This document shows positions 60,654-64,000 of a DNA stretch of 64,000 nucleotides, in pieces. Position 1 is the stretch's first letter; the number at the start of each line of letters is the position of its first letter. The stretch is from contig OZ287073.1 in the NCBI GenBank assembly GCA_965645245.1, forward strand, positions 2,604,001 to 2,668,000, written 5' to 3'. The DNA comes from Massalongia carnosa. Taxonomy: Eukaryota. The notes beneath the pieces were generated by a model. That model was not told the DNA's origin, ran no database searches, and worked only from the letters and a program-made list of their open reading frames with translations. The position numbers and the translations under genes are program-made.

Positions 60654-61610
60654 ATGTCAGACCGACGAGAAGAGCAGGAGAAGGCTCCCCGCATCATTCT
60701 CCAAGGCTCCGAGAACTATACATTATGGCGATCCTACATTCTGGGAGAGCTCAAGCAGAAGAACTGCGCCTGGGCAGTCACCGGAAAGCCAGAGCCAACG
60801 AAGGAGTCCGTCAGATCGGACATCATAGCCATGGGCTTCAAACCCACCGAAATGACGGCCCAAGCACTCTGGACTGCCCTCTCCACCGAAATTAAAGAGC
60901 ACCGAGCCTCCCTGAGCAAAGCGGAGGGCATCATCAAAAACTCCGTAGCCTCCAAACACCAAGCAGCTATCGAGGGCAAAGAAGCCAAGGAAATGTGGGA
61001 AACCCTACAAACGAAATTTCAGCACATCTCTCCAATGAGCATCTCGCGACTCATCCTGGAGACCACCAAATTACGACTATCGGACTGCACAGACATTCAC
61101 GAATATTGCAGCAAATACCAAGAGGCCTACGACACTGTGTGCGGCCTCATTCCCACAGATTCCGAGATCCCCGCAAAAGGAGCCGAGGTACTCCTGCAGG
61201 CAGGACTGCTCACTGGGATGGGAAACGAATACTCGGGGATCGTCTCTATGATGGAGACAGAGTGGAAGATGGGGAACACAAACATCGCCGAGAGCACTAA
61301 AAAGCTTATCCGGTTTGCAGAAATCAGGAAAGAGAACGACCAAACTCCAGGACAATCCGGCACACCCAAACAATCGGCACTCTTCACCTCCAAACCACCA
61401 AAGCCTAGTAATCGAGCACCCCCGGGGACCTGCACAAACTCAGATTGCATCAAGAAGGGAAATACACAGCACTACACAGACCGTTGTTTCCTGAGATACC
61501 CCGAACTTCGGCCAAAACACTCGCTGCATCAGATGAGAACAAAAGGCTCTAGGCAAAACCTCCAAAGCTAGACAGAGAGCCCTTCCGAGACCCCGTCCCG
61601 CGAAAGTTGA
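60654..61610 (+). CDS. gag: Copia gag (premature TAG at 61569; probable natural stop TGA at 61608)
   Basis: MSDRREE..ILQGSENYTLW, EAKEMWETLQTKF, knuckle CTNSDC...HYTDRC. Confidence 0.8.
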
Positions 61611-64000
61611 CAACCAAAGGTGCTAGCGGTCAAAGGGCCGAGAGACGCTTCCTGGCTGGTTGACAGCGCGGCGGACGTGCACGTGTGCAATGATCGAAGC
61701 TTGATGACTGAGTACCACGAAAAGCCTACCCGGATCGGAGGCTCAACTGCAGATGGGGTTTCACCAGGCCGTGGAAAGGTGCGCCTTCGCCTCAGCCTGA
61801 AAGACGGTCGCGAAGGAGTGATCCTGAACCTGAACAACGTGTTTTTCCTTCCCCACAGTCCTTCTAATCTTGTCAGCCTCGGCCTTCTTAACATTCATGG
61901 AATTTTCTATGATAATGAGAACGAGACACTCTATGATAGAAGAACAAAGGAAACCCTGGCTTACGCCGAAAGGTGGAGGACCAGCTTCCTTCTTCACCCT
62001 CTCAACCTCTCTGTCTCTGCAACTCATCTAAAGCAGATCGACGCCAACACGTACGAGTGGCCACCACACGCCTACAGGACCACCACCTCATCAAAACTAC
62101 CTCTCACCACCTGGCACAAACGACTCGGCCACCTCAACTTCCCCTCACTGAAGCAACATCTCCACAAACTGGAGATCGACTACTTGGACGACTCAGAAAA
62201 GTACGTGTGTGACAGCTGCCAACGTGCGAAAGCCACAAAAATCTACAACCGCCACGAGCCTCAGAAACGAGCAAGCGAGTCGTACCAGTTTATACACACA
62301 GACCTAGTAGGTCCCATCAACCCTGTTGGTTTTGGAGGGGAGAGATACTTCTTCACATTTACGGATGACTTCACGCGATATACCGAAGTGCACACTGGTG
62401 CCCGGAAAAGCGATTGGTTCAAATGTCTTAAGACCTTCTACAACCTCTGCAAAACCAGGTCACACAAGGAGAGACCAGTCGAACGCCTACGTTCAGATTA
62501 TGGATCAGAACTGCAGAGCAAAAGGGTAGAGGAATGGTTTGCGAAGAAGGGCATCACTTTTGAACCCTCAGCACCGTACTCTCAGGAACAAAACGGCGTG
62601 TCAGAACGAATGGGAAGAACCATCATGGATATGACAAGAGCGACAATCCTAGAGGGAAGCCTTGATGACGAGCTGTGGCCTGAAATTGTTCTTGCGATGA
62701 CGTACGTCAAAAATGTTCGTCCCACGAAGGCTTTAGGTGGAGACAACCCCTACCATGCACAGCAGAAAATCCACCCAGATATCCAACACCTCCGAGTGTT
62801 AGGCTCGACAGTGTACGTTCTCCTACACGAAGAGGAACGAGCCTTAAAGTCTGAGAAGTGGAACCCACGAGCCTTACGCGGTATTCTTGTTGGATACGAT
62901 GGTCATACAATCTACAGAGTCCACATCCGAGAACAGAACAAAGTCATTCGCATCAAAGATCTCAGAATCTTTGAAGACTACGAGGCCAAGACGTCCACCG
63001 AGCTTCCTGAATACAAAAACACTCCCACCTTCTCAGGTTTCTTACTCTCCGATGACGATGACGAGGCGACGAGCGACACACAGATGTTGGATGTAGGCCG
63101 AAAGTTCAACAATGCAACAGGTGCCAGCGAGTCAACTCCCAGTAAAGTAACCCCTAGGAAGGGCCGAAAGGTCACTACTAGAGATGAAACTACTGGAGCG
63201 TCAAATGAAACTACGGAGACAAGGAAGTCTCGGTCTGGCCGAACGATAAGGCCTACACAAAAGGCTCAAGATCAAGATCTGATAGTACATCTCAGCAAGC
63301 TGCTAGACCTTGACTGGGAACACAGCTCGGAGGAAAAAGCAAACGCGTTCCTGACAAACATCGAATGCGAGGAGGACGGCCATGACGCAGACGACGACCC
63401 ATACACAATCTTGACTTCGAGGCTCATTCAGGCCAACGCCCAAAGTAAAGGAGACTACGTCCTTGCCACCCAATTAGATGTCGAAGAACCTGAGTCATAC
63501 AACAGGGCAATGCAATGCCCCCACGCCTCGCAGTGGGCACAGGCAATGAAAGAAGAAATAGACTCTCTACACGAAAACAAGACCTGGGTTCTCATACCAA
63601 AGAACGAGATGGAGTCAGGTCATCGACCTCTGGGGGGGAAGTGGGTGTACAAGGTCAAGCGTGATGTCGAAGGCAAGGTATCTAGATTCAAAGCCAGATG
63701 GGTTATCAAAGGGTACCTACAACAGTTTGGTGTTGATTTCGATCAAACCTACGCATCCGTGGTGAAGCCAATGGCCTTCAGAACCCTGTTCGCCCTTGCC
63801 GCCTTCTTCGACCTGGACATCGACCAGATGGACGTAAAAACGGCTTTTCTCTATGGCCTCATTGATCAACTGATATATATGGAGATTCCAAAGGGAACTG
63901 AGACAGAAGCCACAAAGAATATGGTTTGCAAACTGTTGAAAGCTATCTACGGCCTCAAACAATCTCCTCGCCTCTGGTACGAACGCTTTTCAGCCTTCCT
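61611..64000 (+). CDS. pol: Copia pol, open to the end of the window (absent from the ORF track because it has no stop)
   Basis: WLVDSAADVH, WHKRLGH, RSDYGSE, QEQNGVSER, RFKARWV, QMDVKTAF and YGLKQSPR; first and last motifs are in the same frame. Confidence 0.9.

Larger units (their letters stand above)
59647..64000 (+). mobile_element. Ty1/Copia LTR retrotransposon running off the window
   Basis: 163-bp 5' LTR 59647-59809 (TG...CA), PBS GGTTATGAGCCCGG at 59810, gag and pol related to the 52333-58582 element. Confidence 0.92.

Overview
Eukaryotic (filamentous ascomycete-type) genomic DNA: spliceosomal GT-AG introns, fungal transposon families, no prokaryotic features. About three quarters or more of the window is nested transposable elements: five Ty1/Copia elements, one intact Ty3/Gypsy chromovirus nested in a pogo/Fot1 element, two Mutator (MULE) families (one apparently intact), a Tc1 element, a deleted pogo element, a 71-bp MITE, a TRIM with two solo LTRs, other nested solo LTRs and a SINE-like retroposon. 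Every recognisable host gene is broken: cellulose-synthase-like GT2, UDP-glucose dehydrogenase, GH12, a sugar transporter, a NACHT fragment, an OTT_1508-like deaminase and a PAN/Apple-domain membrane protein. Highlights: (1) a SINE-like retroposon whose first base is G1 of an HDV-like ribozyme fold; (2) a Copia element whose LTRs end 5'-CT...AG-3' instead of TG...CA; (3) a young Copia-type TRIM family; (4) a shared in-frame AGT-TGA-C stop between gag and pol in two related Copia elements, suggesting programmed readthrough; (5) a decayed GT2/UGD/GH12 polysaccharide gene cluster. All calls are by eye from the sequence and the ORF track; no database searches were run, and some homopolymer frameshifts may be sequencing errors.
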